Shown: one piece after another, positions 1-15,000 of the stretch
Layout of the letters: every line of letters begins with the position of its first letter
Position numbering within the stretch: position 1 is the first letter of the stretch
Source: Marsupella aquatica
Taxonomy: Eukaryota; Plantae; Marchantiophyta
Direction: 5' to 3'
Length of the DNA stretch: 64,000 nt
NCBI GenBank assembly: GCA_973895155.1
Contig: OZ316896.1
Span: 6,190,166-6,254,165, forward strand
Translations under genes and position numbers: made by a program
The notes under the pieces: model-generated
What the model was told of the DNA's origin: nothing
The model's database searches: none
What the model saw: the letters and a program-made list of their open reading frames with translations, nothing else

Positions 1-3000
1 CTCACTTTGGAGCCCAGAAAAGCGATCAAGGATAGCCACAGCTGAGAACAGTGAAACTTGCGGTAAGCTCGACAGTGCCATAACCCTGAAACATCTTCAC
101 CCGCTTTGGGCATCAAATTGTAATCCACCTTCTGCAGTAGCAAGTTGTGGATTTGAGAAACTTTGTAACGGCATCCGAATAACGAGGTTGTAGTTCTATC
201 GCTGAACGAAAATGTGAAGACGTAACCGGGTGGATATATCAATCGATCCCATTAAGGTCTTGGGCTTTCCAACAAGGTCCTGGGGCTTAGGTACCAGCCT
301 GCTCACCTGTTGCCCAAGGAAGTGGACTATGAAATTGTTCCTTTATCTAATGCAGAGCGCGTACGTGTCACTGTTAGAGTAAGGCCGCCAACGAAATTCG
401 AAGAGCAGAAAGACGAGGATGGTGCTCCCTTCATCTTTTTGGACACGGAGAAGAACACTCTTATTTTGCGACGCAAGTATGTGTCCTTCTCCTATCTCAA
501 AGCTTAGCGCAAGAGCCCAGTAACCAATTAATGAACGTGGTCTAGCAGCGAAAGCCTACTGATTGCGATTTCGGCATCCCCCGAGACTGCTAGAGCTTTT
601 AGATCATGGATCTCCTCCGCTAACTTTGCGCCCTTCTCTCCTGTCTCATCCAAAAATGATGGAAATTCATGCCCAAATTCGCAGTGGAAGCTTTGTGGAC
701 TTCACCGAGTTCCAATTCGATGCTGTTCTTCCGTCTAGTGCCCAGCAAGTGGATGTGTACAACTCTGCAGCGAGACATGTTGTTCTGGTACGATTCGTCC
801 AATGACGACTCCTAAAGATGTTTGTTGCTGTCAATTCGATATTTTCTATTGCTTCGCATCATTATAAATATAAATTTGATGGAGTCTTTGCAGCTGTCGA
901 CAAACTTTGTGGGCTGTAGTTGTTCCGCTCAATCGTCTAAATTTACGCTTCATTATATACTAGCCTGAATAGCTCTAAGATATGTTTATCCAAGAAGTTG
1001 AGCAGGGGAGAGGACCAATGTAACACTGCTTGTTTCTTACTAACTGTTTGTCTCTGAGCTTACATAGCAACCACTGGACCTCAAATTTCTTGGTTGCTAC
1101 CCTTCCCAGCTTCCAAGATACCTTGTAATGAAGTTGTTGAATGGTGTGGCAGGATGTTTTGCAAGGGTACAACGGGACAATCATGGCATATGGCCAGACC
1201 GGTGCTGGAAAGACTTATACGCTTTCTGACAAGCTGTGTACTGGAGGGACTTCTGTCGAAGGTATCTGTGTGCGGTTCGTGTAGGCCATTGCGCTAGTGT
1301 GCTCTGGCCTAAGTCAAATACCCATGTCTCGCTTCGGCTAGTTCCTACCCGTTTTATGTTATGACTGCGGGTACAGAGACCAACACTACAATCCGCTTTA
1401 TTTCCACGTTGCAGGCATTATCCCAAGGTCAGCAGCTGAAATCTTTGCAGCAGCAGAGCGCGATACCTCACACGAGTATCGTGTGTCGATGTCGTACACC
1501 CAAATCTACATGGAACAGGTCTTCCGTCGATTCAAATATCTCTCAGTATAGTGATATATCAAGTCCCTCCCCGTGACTGTCGACATATATTCCTTAACTT
1601 ATCTGAATTATTCTGAAAGTGGTTTTGAATGTTTCTGATAGTGGTTTTGCCAGAGAAGAAACCAGATCTACTTTAAATTTATCTTTACAAAACTTTCAGA
1701 CGTCTGTTTTGGAGGTTTTTCTTTTCAATAGGAGCCTTTAACGCCCATCACACACTCTGAGTTGCTACCAGGCCAAAGCCTCGGTATCCCTTTACGATCC
1801 CTATCTGTACCTAACGTCCACTCGGTCTCTAGCAGAAACCAGATCTACTTTAAATTTATCTTTACAAAACTTTCAGACGTCTGTTTTGGAGGTTTTCTTT
1901 TCAATAGGAGCCTTTAACGCCCATCACACACTCTGAGTTGCTACCAGGCCAAAGCCTCGGTATCCCTTTACGATCCCTATCTGTACCTAACGTCCACTCG
2001 GTCTCTAGCAAACATTCACCTTCCACATCTACCCTGGATCCAAGCACAAACATTTTCTCACGTTCCGAGAACAAGAGAAATGACGAGCTCATGACTTCTA
2101 CGATCACGACAAGTAGTGATCCAGGATGTTTTTCTTCCGATTTATCATTCCACCTTGCCTACATCTTTCGTTAAATACAGGGTGTGCCAGCACCTCAGCC
2201 GAACCATGTAGCACATATGCTGAGAGAAGTCTCGGGTTCCATAACAAGGATTACGGTTTTACACACCCCATACTTACCCGAACACTTTTCGCGAGAAACA
2301 AGACTCGTGAAGATCTTCCCTTCTTTTCACGTGACGCGCAAGAGAAGTATTCCAGAAAGTCTTTAACTATTCCACAATGATCTCTTTAACAACAAAGAGC
2401 ATCGGCTCTTATGGGAAATTGCCTGAATTCGTATTTCCTCCACGAGGCCGTCTTGAAACTATGTCCTGTCGACAGTGCATTGCATTCTTAAGAATTCAAA
2501 ATTTACAGTAAACGACTTCACTTTCTTCTTAACTAGGGCAAAGTGTACCTTGAGAATCAAGTGGAAAGAAATACGATTCTACTCTATACAGTGAGCTACC
2601 ATGCCTTTCATCGATGCGGTTGTATCACCAGAGATCCGGCCACATCTGGGACGTTCCGAATACAGGAAATCTCCCCTACCTACTTCTGTTGGACCAAATC
2701 TCTCACAGCTGAGGAAAGACTACCTAAAACAGCTACTAACTTGTCTCCCTGTTCTTTCCTCAACTTCCGATCCAATTCGTTGTTTCTCTCATAGGCCTCG
2801 AGAGACTTTTCCAGAAAAGAAGGCAAGAATCGCGTTAAGGGCTCAAGAGCTTCAAAGCCGTGTCTCTGAGGTCCAGCATCTTGTTCGTCCACCTTAGGCA
2901 GCCTTGGTGACTCTTGTGCTAGTACAACAGGGATCTCTTGCCTCAAACCCCGCTTTCTTTTCCTGGGAGTGACACCCTCTTTTCTCGCCCTTTGGTTGAA

Positions 3001-6000
3001 AGGTGGGGGCAAAGGTTGCGAAACAGATTGTGCGAACCCTTGTGAGGCGGGCTGCGACAAAGGATCTGGCAAAGATTGTAAAGCAGGCTGTAATAATGAT
3101 TGTGGCAAAGATTGTGCCAAAGACTGTGGTAACGACTGTGACAAGGACTCTGGCAAAGGCTGCGGCAAACCTTGTGTCAAGGGCTGTGAAGTAGGCTGTG
3201 ACATCGGAACAGGGTCAATTTGTATAGCACCCGCCGGAACGGGTTCCACCGGAGGGTCTTCTGTCTTGTAAGGAAATAACCTGGGGCTCATTCCAGAGCG
3301 ACCAGCCAGGAATGAATTCATGACGTTCCAAATTTCTTCATCAAATCCAGCTGGCAGCTTCTTCGCTTTACAATCAAGCCCGCCTACGGCCCAATAAGAT
3401 TCCATGTCATTTTTCTTCTCCCAGTCCTTTATCTTCCTATAGGCTGCAAGTAATGTGTTCCATCGCTTTCTGCACTGAACACTTGTCCTTTGCACTCCAT
3501 GATTACTACATATTTGGGAAATAGATTTCCACTTAGCATCACCCCCTGTGGAAGTTGTACCGGCATCTTCCTCAAGCTGTTTCATCGCTGACACTAGTGC
3601 CATGCTTTCATTCCTTGTCCACCTCTCTCTCTTCCATCGCTCTTCCCCTCCATCACCGCCAACACCTGTAGCGTCCCCTCCATCACTGCTCTTTGCTGGC
3701 TGTTGAACAGCTCCCGGTCCCCCATCTCCTAACGTCTTGCTCTCAGGGTCACTTGATATCTCCTCTGCCATTCTTCTCAAATTTTACGTACAGCGTCTTG
3801 GTCCTGTAAACAGAACCTCGTTCAGCTTAATATTTGTTTGAAGCCAAAGACAAAAGTCTAAGATCAAGCGCACAACTAATTCTGCATACTGGCCCAGAAT
3901 GTCTCCAGGAAGTTTTGTTTAACTTCAAGCACTAAAGCACAAATTCATTCAGTCTCTACTTCTCCCAAACTAGAGTGTCCTGAAGATTTCCTTCATTTAG
4001 CTATTTCTTCTCTCCTGCTAGGAGTCTCTTTCACTTTCCCTTACTGAGAAACTAAGAGCTGTAATCTGTAGGCAATCAATATCTTCGGACCTAATGCTTT
4101 GTTAGTCATCCTCTCACTACTTGTGAATGTGCACTACTGTTTCCAACCTTCGTAATCCTTGGATAACCTTCTACTCATCAATTAATCCACACCTGATAAC
4201 TCTGATACTTAATGGCTCGTATATCCATACCACAGGTTTGTCCTGTAGACATACAGTAGTAAACTTCCTTTGACCGGTAGACTTCTGTTGTTTCCACAGA
4301 TACAGGATTTACTTCGCCCCGATAGCAGTAACATGCAGATACGAGAAGGTGAAACCGGGGTCTATGTATCTGGAGTAGAAGAGGTATCGGTGCCAACATT
4401 CAATAGCACCAGATGTGAGGGAATCCGACAGTCTTAGTATAAGAACGCCAGTCAGTTTATCCGCACAAACTAAGCTACAAAATCTATGAATGTCTCGTCC
4501 CTGCAGTCAATAATTGTTTTCATAATCTGGGCTTATACTCGCTACTCGCTCTACAAAGAAGACTCCTTATGTGTACTGCACTTGGACAGATACAAGTCAC
4601 GTCGGGAGACGACGTTATGAAGCTGCTATTGTTGGGGGACCAGAACAGAGTATTTTCCTTCACAAAGCTGGTAAAGACCCTCTGCGCTAAGTTCAAGTCT
4701 TTGCGGATTGATCGAGATGACTTATCCATACCACTGTTCTCTTCGGAATCTCCCTGCTCAAGTACATACCTAGTGAAAGCAAATCCGGTGACAGTAAAGA
4801 ATAAAACACAATATCTGCCTCAGACCTGCATACTGCTGACTCAATATTCTTCCTCGCATTTGTTGTACAAGGGGTGAGCCATTCAGGACATGGGTTCGGA
4901 GACTCAAACTAGGCTAGGAAATGGAAGTAAAGAAAGGTAACCCAAACAAGAAAGTAAAAATTTTCAACAGCTAAGAAAACGGTTATTCAAGTTAAAGAGA
5001 CTCAGACCAGATTGACAAATCCAAGACAAAAGGATCAGCAAATCCGAGATCATAATGATGGACCGGCTTGAAAAATGGCTGTCATATTTTTCAAGGTCAA
5101 GTAAATGGCTTGTCTCCAGTAAGAGATAGTAAATGCTCGTTGATATTATGTACAGGTCCTTTTCAATCTGACGGACAACGCACGACACTTAATTTCCTTA
5201 TCCTCTCACCAGAACTATCTGGTTAATTAGATACAAACCATGTACTAAAGAAGGTTAATACGCTTGCATGATAATAAACACAACACTGAATTGGGTGACT
5301 GCAGAATGCTCACTCATCACGCAGCCATGCGATTGTGATCCTTACAGTCGAGAAGAAGGCAAAGTGCCGGAGTTCTGACCACCCAACATGTGACTTGCAA
5401 GATCGCCTCCACTGCCCAGCTGGATTTCTGGAAAGTGAAAGGTGCTGATCGTGCCTGTGCTGTCAGACGTTCATCTTTCACGTCAACGTTGCAGCAATAC
5501 TAGGGTTGAGGTCACTAAGCCACAAACTAGACATATCATTTCTATAAACAAATTGATAAACAAGAAGAAAACGTCCTGTTTAAGAATCTCTCTTCGACTA
5601 CATACTAAAATAAACTCAAGTTCATAATCAAACACCTACTTCTTCACTACACCAATTATCGTGGTCCAACTCATTCCAAAACTACAGGATCATGTCAATC
5701 TCTCCCACAGCTTATTCTTTGTCTGGTAAAATTAAACCCTATCATTAGAAATTTCAGAGGATAGAAATGAAATATATCAATGTCCAACTCTGTCACTTAT
5801 GCGGCACTACGAAATGCTTGTAGGGTACTGGTGGGGAAATTGTTCCTTGTTGATCTTGCTGGTTCAGAAAGATTGAAGAAGAGTGGTAAGATAATAGCTG
5901 CCAAACATCTCACTTCAGAAATTTGTTGTCAACGGTATTAGATACCGTTGAGCTTCAATCGTCAGCTCTCATATTCTTCATCTGATCTTTATAACTACAA

Positions 6001-9000
6001 TCTCTTTTGAAACTCTCCAATATTAATCGCAAAAAATATTTTAATGCAGGAAAAGTCCGCCAGTAGCATATTATCAAAGTTCATTCCGATACTGTAAGAG
6101 GTGTCAGATAGATGTCACCTGAGAGCATTCCCAAAACCATCCAATCTTGTCTTCTAAGTGTTGCAGATGTGAACAGGTTCAGAAGGGCTACGTGCTAGTG
6201 AGGCAATGAGCGTCAACCTTTCTTTGACATGCCTTGGTAAACGACCCTCAGCAGCTTTATATGTGTGGTTTTAAATGTCTGAACCTATTCCATCCAAATC
6301 ACAAAATTGCCCAGACTACAGCCCTTTAATTCGCGTTGGATACATTGGCGGTTTAAACGGACATCCCTATTCACAAGCGGTTTAGAATGTCGATGATTTA
6401 GACAAGAGTGTCCCAGCTCCAGTATCAAGACCCTCGTCCATAAAGGAATCGATTCTCCTTCTCATGGCTTAGTATGTAATTATTAACATGCACTCAGAGA
6501 TACGGAAGTGTAATCTTCCCACATTTGGTTTAAAAGTTTCTTGATAACTGATGACCAGAAGAGGAAGAGGCACTATCTACAAAGCTACCCTTCACCCACA
6601 AATAACACTTTGGCTTTAAAAACTACAAAGCTATTTGAGAACAGATGAGCAATGATTTTGCAGGAAAATGTATAAGTGCCAGAGCTGACCAAAATAGTAC
6701 ACATGTGCCGTTTCGAGACTCAAAGCTGACTCGCCTCTTGCAAGAATCTCTTGGGGGTAAGTGTAATTCACAAGTCTCCTAAACGATAATGTTTGCCAGA
6801 GACGGCACTAATAAACTTCATTCCCTTATTCTTTCTTAAAGTGGAATTGCTATTGTTTCAGTAGGAAGGTTGCCGTGTTCAGTATTCACTGCCCTGATAG
6901 AAGAGTTCTGTGCAACGCGCGAAGAATCTTCCTAAATGCAACGAACTTCACACCATTTCATGCAAATTCACGGCACCTAATGACCAGAAGGCTAAGGGAT
7001 AGGTCCTAGTTTGCAACGAGCGAGTCAGCTACACTTGTTAAGCTTAAACACTGCTTATGAGTTGCAATATCTAAGAACAGTCACAATCTACGAACAAGTT
7101 TGAATCCTGCTACAGATTGAGCCTTTTGCATTCAGGTAACGCCAAGACATCCCTCATCATAAACATTGCACCATGCAACGAATTTCTGCAGGAGTCACTC
7201 TCCTCATTGCTTTTCGGTTCAAGGGTGGGTAATGGCACTCCCTACTTAGACATTCCGTTTTCGCTAGCTTAATCTTGAGAAGAAAAGACATTCCGTTTTC
7301 GCTGTTCAATCTTGAGGAGAAAAGGATTTAAATTTAATTTATTCCGAACTTACGGTTCAATTCCACCTCGAATTAGTTGTAGGAATGCCAAGCGATGGCA
7401 GAATGTAACAAATTGCTCTCACATGTAGGCAATGAAAGTGGCAACAAGGGCAATAATCAATGTCGAAGAGGAGTTCCGAGTACTCACCAAAAATCTCCAA
7501 GAAACTCTGGACATACAAGATGAGCGACTGCAGTCTCTTGAGGTTTGTACGCACTTTGTTCAATTGCACCTTGTACGTTTTTGACCAGTGAGTAGACGCA
7601 CCGACATCCTTCAGGGTAATGGGGTATCATTGATTGGTATCTCGGGTTCCTATACGCACCTAGAATTGCATCCTGCGAGCACCGACGTCAACTGTCATCA
7701 GAATTGAGCAAGGAGCGCAAAAATCCACCTCTTCCACATTCATTCACTCATTCTCTGCCGCCCTCTGTCGCGTCACTTACTAATCTCTATCGCTCGTACT
7801 CGTTTCTGATCCAAAGCCAAAGGTGTCCCCACTATACTACCGGATTCCATTCAATTTCCCTCGCCCTTGAGAGTACAGTATAACGTAACATTACTTTATG
7901 CACAACAACATGAAATTGCACGTCTCCCCTTGTTCCTACACCGAGCTGTCAACATTAGGAGGAATCACAAACGACTAACCGAGTCCCGGCAAAGCATACG
8001 GCTCCCAGCATACTGGCCGTCTCACAACAGAGTATTTTCACCTGCTACTGTTATCTGGCTTGCTACAGGCAATTCAATGTTCAAATTTGCCAAGCTTCTC
8101 TCTCTCTCTCCCTCTCTCTCGACCAAAAAGTTCTTCGACAGTGACAGTTCCAGTGCCCCTAATGTCGTATTATAATGAACTGACCTATCCACGTGTGACC
8201 ACCAATTTAGATCACTGGGTAAACTCAGTCGTGTAGATGAATTCGTGGTCACCATAAGACTCGATAATTTCTCACTCGAACGTTAATTCGTTCGGTGGTT
8301 TACGACTGAGGAGCCCCTCGGCGCTCCTCGGCACAGTTGACAAAACACCTAGCAACTCGGGTTTCGGACGTGGCATCGACATGGTGAACATGTCAGCCAC
8401 TGAATCAGAAGATTAGCAATATAGTATCTACGTTCGTGCCATACGCCCCGGGTGATCAGCAAGTCAACCCAGTCCAGAGGTTACAAACAAGTTGAGCCCA
8501 GCCCACGGAAAGAAGTGCAGTTAGAAGGAAAATTTCCCCACTGGGGATCAAACTGTGTCTTCCCTTCCCAAACTGGTTTAGTTTCTATGCATGGAAGCCA
8601 AACAAAGGCAATTGTCTGGACATGCAACTTACTCGCTCTCCTCACCTGGTATGATTCCGACTTGTTCCCGGGTTCCTCCTCGTCATGGAAACCACGCCAA
8701 AGCCAAGAGCCCAGCTAGCCCTGAGGTACGGGGGTAACACTCTCAACGGCGCCAGTAAGCGACTCTTGCAGTACAGTATCCCTCAAATCCCTCACTTCAC
8801 CGGAGATTTGCTTCCTCTGTTGTTGGCCCAAAGAGGTGTGTACCGGCGTCCGAAGCAAACGCGCATAAGCAAGGAGGCAACCAGCCCACTCCCTAGTCGG
8901 CTGATCCCTAACTGTGCATTCGGTCTCAGATGGCTGCGCACAAGGACGCAGCGCACCTACCAACCAGCTCAAGCAACCCGCTCCCTTCCCTCCCTCCCCT

Positions 9001-12000
9001 CCCTCCCTAGCTGCCTGATGAGTGCCTCCTACTGCACCCGCCCTGCCATCACAACCGCGGCCGAGCAACTTCTTCCTATCAGAGACACGCCTGGGATCCC
9101 AAACTCACATGATTGTCTGTGACTCAGTGCTCGTCCGTCCTTCCGGAATCGCTCTCTGCGTACACCTCGCCAGCCAGGCGACCCACGATACCGTACGACT
9201 ACCACGGACAGTCCCAAGCGGCCAAGCGGTGCTTCTGAATTTCTGCTGTGCAGCTGCGCCCTCCCAGATGCCGTAGTCACTACTGCTCCTTAGCGTGCAC
9301 CTACAGAGGTGGTGACCCAACGAAGAGAGGGATTGAGCCTTGGTACTGTACTCCTACACAGTCCGAGCTCGGGTGCAGCCCCTGCCACAGTAGACTTCCT
9401 TCTCCGCTCCGCCTGCTCTCCTCTTCTCCTCTCGTCTGCTCCTCGCAGGCTTCACTTTCCGCGACAGTCCCCCAATGCTGCTCGCTAAAAACATCCGTTC
9501 CCGTCAGAGAGCCTGTCGACTAACCAGCACCATAAGGAGCTACCAAGGCGACCCGGCCCACGGCAATGGAAGGATACAAATCCCGGCCTGTGCACTCGCG
9601 ATCCTTTACAGAGAAGAGGGTGACTGGAGCCGGTTTGTGTCGACTATGCTCCCCTCCCCTGTCTTCCTTCCACCGTGTGCTCTAGAGCTTTCGCCTTGAG
9701 CGCTTGGTGTGTGTCCCTCGCTTTTCGTCACACCGTCTTAGCTCGTCCGTGAGTGCTCCTCCCCTAGGCTCCCGTCTGCATGGCTGCCTGAGTGCCTGGG
9801 CGGGGATGGTTCTGTGGCTGCCTGGCTGGCCCAAAGTCCTCGTGTCTACTCCTTACTACCTACAGGTAATGCCGTCCCTGCATCGGCCCGCCCGTCCTGC
9901 CCCAACTCGCCTGCCCGCGCTGCCTACTCCAATCCTATCCCGGCTTGGGGAGGGACGAGCCGCTCCAGAACGATCTCGTTCCCGATTGCGGGCTGATCTC
10001 GTTCCTGATTGCGGGCTGATTGCGGGCTGCCGCGATGATGCCACACCAACAGGCCACCCATCCTGCCCGGGGAAGGGCATGCCAGGCCCTACCACACCAT
10101 GCCGCCGTACACGCACCTACCAGCCGAACCCAAGACTGGGCGTCTGGGCTGGCTGGACTGCACCAGCGTAGCCTAGATGCTGCGTCGTTGAATTCTCTCC
10201 GAGGACGGTGCACCGCACCGCACCCCACGCCAGCCCACCCAACTGCGACTGAGTGAGGGAAGCCGAGGAAGCGGCAACGGCCGACCCCACCAGTCCCTAC
10301 GGTAACCTTGGCAGCCCGTCCGTCCACATTCTTCAGTGCCCATTTTAGTTCAGACCCGGCTTTTTCTGTCCTCTTCCCTTTCTCCGCATCCTGTCGACGA
10401 TGCCCCTTATCTGGACTATCAGGTACTACTGTAGTGTTTGTGGTTGTGGGCCGTTTCCCGGCCATTTGTGCCCAATTCCAAACTGTGTTAAATCTATGCC
10501 AAATTAATGTGTTCCTTGCACCAAAATATAAACGTGATTTAAATACCATGTGTCTTGGTTTATGTTCTGGTAGTATGACTGACATAGATATAAAGCGCTG
10601 GCAACTCAAGGAGGAGGTTTATGCATGCATAATCCCGGAGACCTGGCACTGCTATGTAACAAATCCACCTTTCAGTGTTTTGTCTTACTAAGAATTTTTT
10701 TTCATAAATTTTTACTTCAATGTGCCATTGATAACAAGGTGCATTATTTGTACAATTTAGATTTTAGATTACTTTGGCACCCCTCTAAGTGTTGTTTATA
10801 TTCCTATTCTAGAGCTCTACTTCCCCACTACATTTAATTTTCGTACAATGCATTCACTCCCTGAAGAAGCTTTTATAGAATTTTTTGCAATTCTAGTGAA
10901 TGAGAGAGAATTGATACTTCTAGATGTGGACTCCTCCTGTTTAAGTACTCCTCAAACTTTTGTTTGTTAAGCTTATGATTTTTATTGTCATTGCCTAAGG
11001 TAAGGGAGGATCCTTTGTACCTTATGTGCACAATTTTGGACTTATTCCAGTGTCATTCAAGCAAGTAAAAATCTGTACCTCATCTTACTATAAAAGTGCC
11101 AACTGAAGCCTACTCTTAAGGGCCTAGGTCTAGAGTGAAGACTCTAGATCATAACTCCCAATAGAGACAAAACTGATAATGAGGTTCAATAACGTCAAAA
11201 TTTGAAATGAGTATGGACAAAAGTGACATTACCTCAAAAAATACAAAACTGAAATGAGGCTGTACAAAAACAAGTATGGGGCAAAGACTAGCCAAAATAG
11301 CATATAAATTTTATTGTGCAAGATTTTTTTTCATATCTATTTATATTCAAGGAACCGGTCATGGGGCTAGTGTGCACAACTTTTCAGGACTTGTGCACTT
11401 TTACTTTTCTTGGTCATTATGTGATATAGTATGGTCATCATCATGGAAATGCTTCATTTTTTGTCTTATAGTGATGTGTAAATGACTAATGCATAGTATT
11501 GAGTAGAAAAATGACTTTTGGACTAATGGGCTTTTTGGCTCAAGTCTTCTGGGGTTTTATTATGTTGCCTCCCCTTGATTGGGTCTCTTGGCTTTGGGAT
11601 GGTGTCTCCCGGTTGGGCCTCTTTTGTTTGTTGGCAGTGTGATGTATAGGGTTTTCTGTGCAAACTTTCATATAGTCACTACCAGGTGAAGTAAGTTGCA
11701 AATGCTACAAAGAGGTTTTTAAAAAGTTTTTAGTGATTATTTGCCAAAATCAACAGTCTAGATCGAACCATATAACATTTTTCTGCTCAAAGGATTCTCA
11801 GCGTGCCATAAGTGCCACTTGCCCAAAATACAAAAGAAAACCCTGCCCCATAGGATGCTTGATTGGCTGGTTTGTGCCTCCCGGGGTTCTCCCATCCCTT
11901 TCTGATCAGCCTCCTTCTTTTTGAGATGATCCTGGTGGGAGTCGCCCCCTCCTTTCCTTCAATGGGTGTGCTCCTTCTTCCAGCCTCCTTAATTTCTTTT

Positions 12001-15000
12001 GATATTTCCTGTCTTCTCCACCCAGACAGATGACATTGTTCTCTTGGTTGTTCCCTTCAATAAAGTTTCTCGGGCTGCTGTCCTTTCCAACAACCCAAAA
12101 AAACTAATCTATATTTGTCCATATTTGGTGTTTGAATACCAATGACCCTCAAGAACTCATTCAAACATTATACTTGAATGTGCCAAAAGAGCAAAAGAAA
12201 TTCTTCAAATAGAGAATTTTGCTGTTGGTGAGCTGTAGATGAATACTATTTCAGGTTATATCTAAATTTAATGACATCAATTTTGCTAATTTGATCTGCT
12301 AATCCATATGCTATTTGACTGCCTTTTGTTAACTAATGCAGAAAACATAATCTTTGTAAACACCTAACTTTCATTACAAATCAAATGGTAGGCCTCCATA
12401 TTGACAAAGGAGGAACAACTTTTGCAAGCTCGTCAAATTTTGGAGGAACGAACAAAACAAGTGGAAATGCTAAGAGAGGAGCAAAATTGTTTCAACGAAA
12501 AATTCATGGAACAATTAAGAGTGAAAGATGAAAGGTGGCGCAATAGGTATGTAAATCTGGCTAATCTTTATATTTGGAAAGCACTGGCAACTTGAGCTTA
12601 GTCTTTATCTTTTTTACTCATTTCTTGAGCTTGAGTAGGATGTACGGTCTAAAAAATGATGACTTCTATCGCTCACTCAATCATAGTGAAATGCTATCTG
12701 AATTCTTCCACCTAGGGTTCCTAGCAGGGCTAAATTACCTGTAATATTTGAGGGTTGACTACAGAAATCCTTAGGCACCACATGAGACCTACAAAATACG
12801 TTTTGAGTTATTTTTACCAAAATTTTCATAAATATATAAAGATTTAGAAGTTGATTACAATACTGAATATAGAATATTCCCTACTTTCTACCTTTTACAA
12901 AATAATATAGATTCTTTCAAAACTCATGCAAGCATCTATGGAATATAGAGGTTTATTAGTATCGCACATCATGGGTATTCTTAAAACCAGATTTTCTTCA
13001 CCTTCGAATAAAAGTGTCTGATGACTTGATTGATATATGAGGTTTCAATTTGGCAGTTGTGCCTTAGCTTAGCCACCTAGCTATGAGGCTATTTTATGAG
13101 TTGAGCAATGAGTGAGTCCAGGAAGTGACACTAAAGGCCATAATCTGAGATATCTTTGAGAGATATTGTTGCCTACAAGCTGTCATTTTGAGGCCCTCTT
13201 AGATGACCTAGGCCTTTAAATGATCTTTATTGAGTTATTCTGTAAGTAACAGTAAGGACAGGAGATTATTCATGATGCATATCATTTCTTTGAAGTTGCT
13301 ATGGTGAATACACCTTTCAGATTTTGTCTTAGTCAGATTTTGTGTGTTATGTATTTTTATTTCAATGTGCTTTATCAAGGGGCGTCCTTTGTATCATATA
13401 GATTTTTAATTAATTTTTGGACTGCTTTAATTTTTGGTATCCTAGAGAATTTTGATCTGATTTTGGCAGCCCTCCTAATTTTTAATCTTTGTTCTCTCTT
13501 AGATTTCAAGTGTGCAAAAACACTTGGACCAAGTGTTTAAGTCTTCTCATGAGTGTTAGAAATGATTCTAACTAACCTGAACACATCTTGTGTTAAATTC
13601 CCCTCATGGCCTTCTTTCCCAAGTTTATGGTTTTTATTCATTTGAGTGTCATTAATAAGGCACATTGAATTAATAAGTGCAGAGATTGTAGCACCTTTAT
13701 GTCATAGGACTTGGCTGTACTTTTTGTTGGTCACTCTGTATGTGCTTTTCTTTGCATGTGCCTACTTATATTATTTTATCCCACTCACACTTGATATGTA
13801 TTCTAGTTATACTCTCTTATTTTATCCACTTACATATCACTACAAGACAAAAACTCAAGCATGTTCCGAGATGAGTATGCTATATTCATGATGCGTACCA
13901 TATTTCACCAGTTGGCATTAAAGGGTAACTAAGGATGTTGACACTCTAGTAGTGTTTCCAATTAAAGTACTAGGCCATCTAGGAACCTCTATTCCCTATG
14001 GCTATAAGGGGTGCAAATAAAGAGGGCAAGAGTGATGGAAATGCTCAGCAATCCCTCAAGGGGCACTCCTACGCTTGCACTTCTCCCACAAGTGTAGACT
14101 CTGTCAGCCATAATTGCCAACTTACATTACTAAATTTCTCAAGTATAATTGCATATCTTCACAAGTAGACTATTGAACTCATTCCATTCCTTATCCATTT
14201 AATTGGGCTTTTCTTGGTTTGGCCCTTTGCACCTCCCCCCCTAAAAAGACCCCCCCAAAAACTATTGAAAGAAAGAAACTCATTTTTCCTTTAGTTACCC
14301 ATTACTCACACTGAGACATTGTTTTTTTCTAACAAAAAGGCTAGAAGTTGTGCGGAATGCAGCTGCTGAGAGTAATAGGAAGGTGCAAAATCACAGCCCT
14401 TTTCCATCCATTTGTAAAATAGGCATTTGTAATCAGTCCATCACCTAACCTGCAAAAGATGTGAGTATGATTGAGAAAACACACCAGAAACTCATGGGTC
14501 CATTACTTCTAAGTAAAGTTTTTTGCGTTTCTTTGAATTGTCATGTTTTTTCTTCTCTTCTGGTATTTTGGGCACTCAGTAAACACCTTTGTAACCACCA
14601 CTCTCAGATAGTTGAATGTCCCCTTGTTTCAAAATAATTTGGCACCACATCCCACACAAATTAGCTCCCTTGGGGGCTTGGGTTTGAGACAGGTGCCAAA
14701 GGGCTTATCACTTACAAGTGCTGACGCCAAGCCTTATTATATACACATGATTGCTTTAAGAGCTAATTAAAGAGACACATACTTTGGATTCTGTCTGAAG
14801 TAGAGAGATGAAAAGCATTGAAAGAATCTGATCAGGAATCCTTCTCACTTTTTATGAACTCATTCCTCCAGTCAATCAATTAATGGTCTTTCTGTAGGAC
14901 ATTAGGACAATACATGATATCTCATTTTGATTAAGGCTTGTGTCTCTTAGATATCAATTTCTTAAGGCATGTTGTTATGCACAAATAGAGAATACATCAT

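Noticed and set aside
2969-3271. Cys-rich metallothionein-like ORF ([14 protein letters not shown]...) on the + strand
   Set aside because: It is the antisense shadow of the 12-nt-periodic Gln/Ser/Leu/Pro linker of the trihelix gene and has no ATG start.
8685-10609. Many overlapping 80-224 aa ORFs
   Set aside because: GC-rich degenerate intronic sequence gives stop-poor frames on both strands; no recognisable domains or coherent exon structure.
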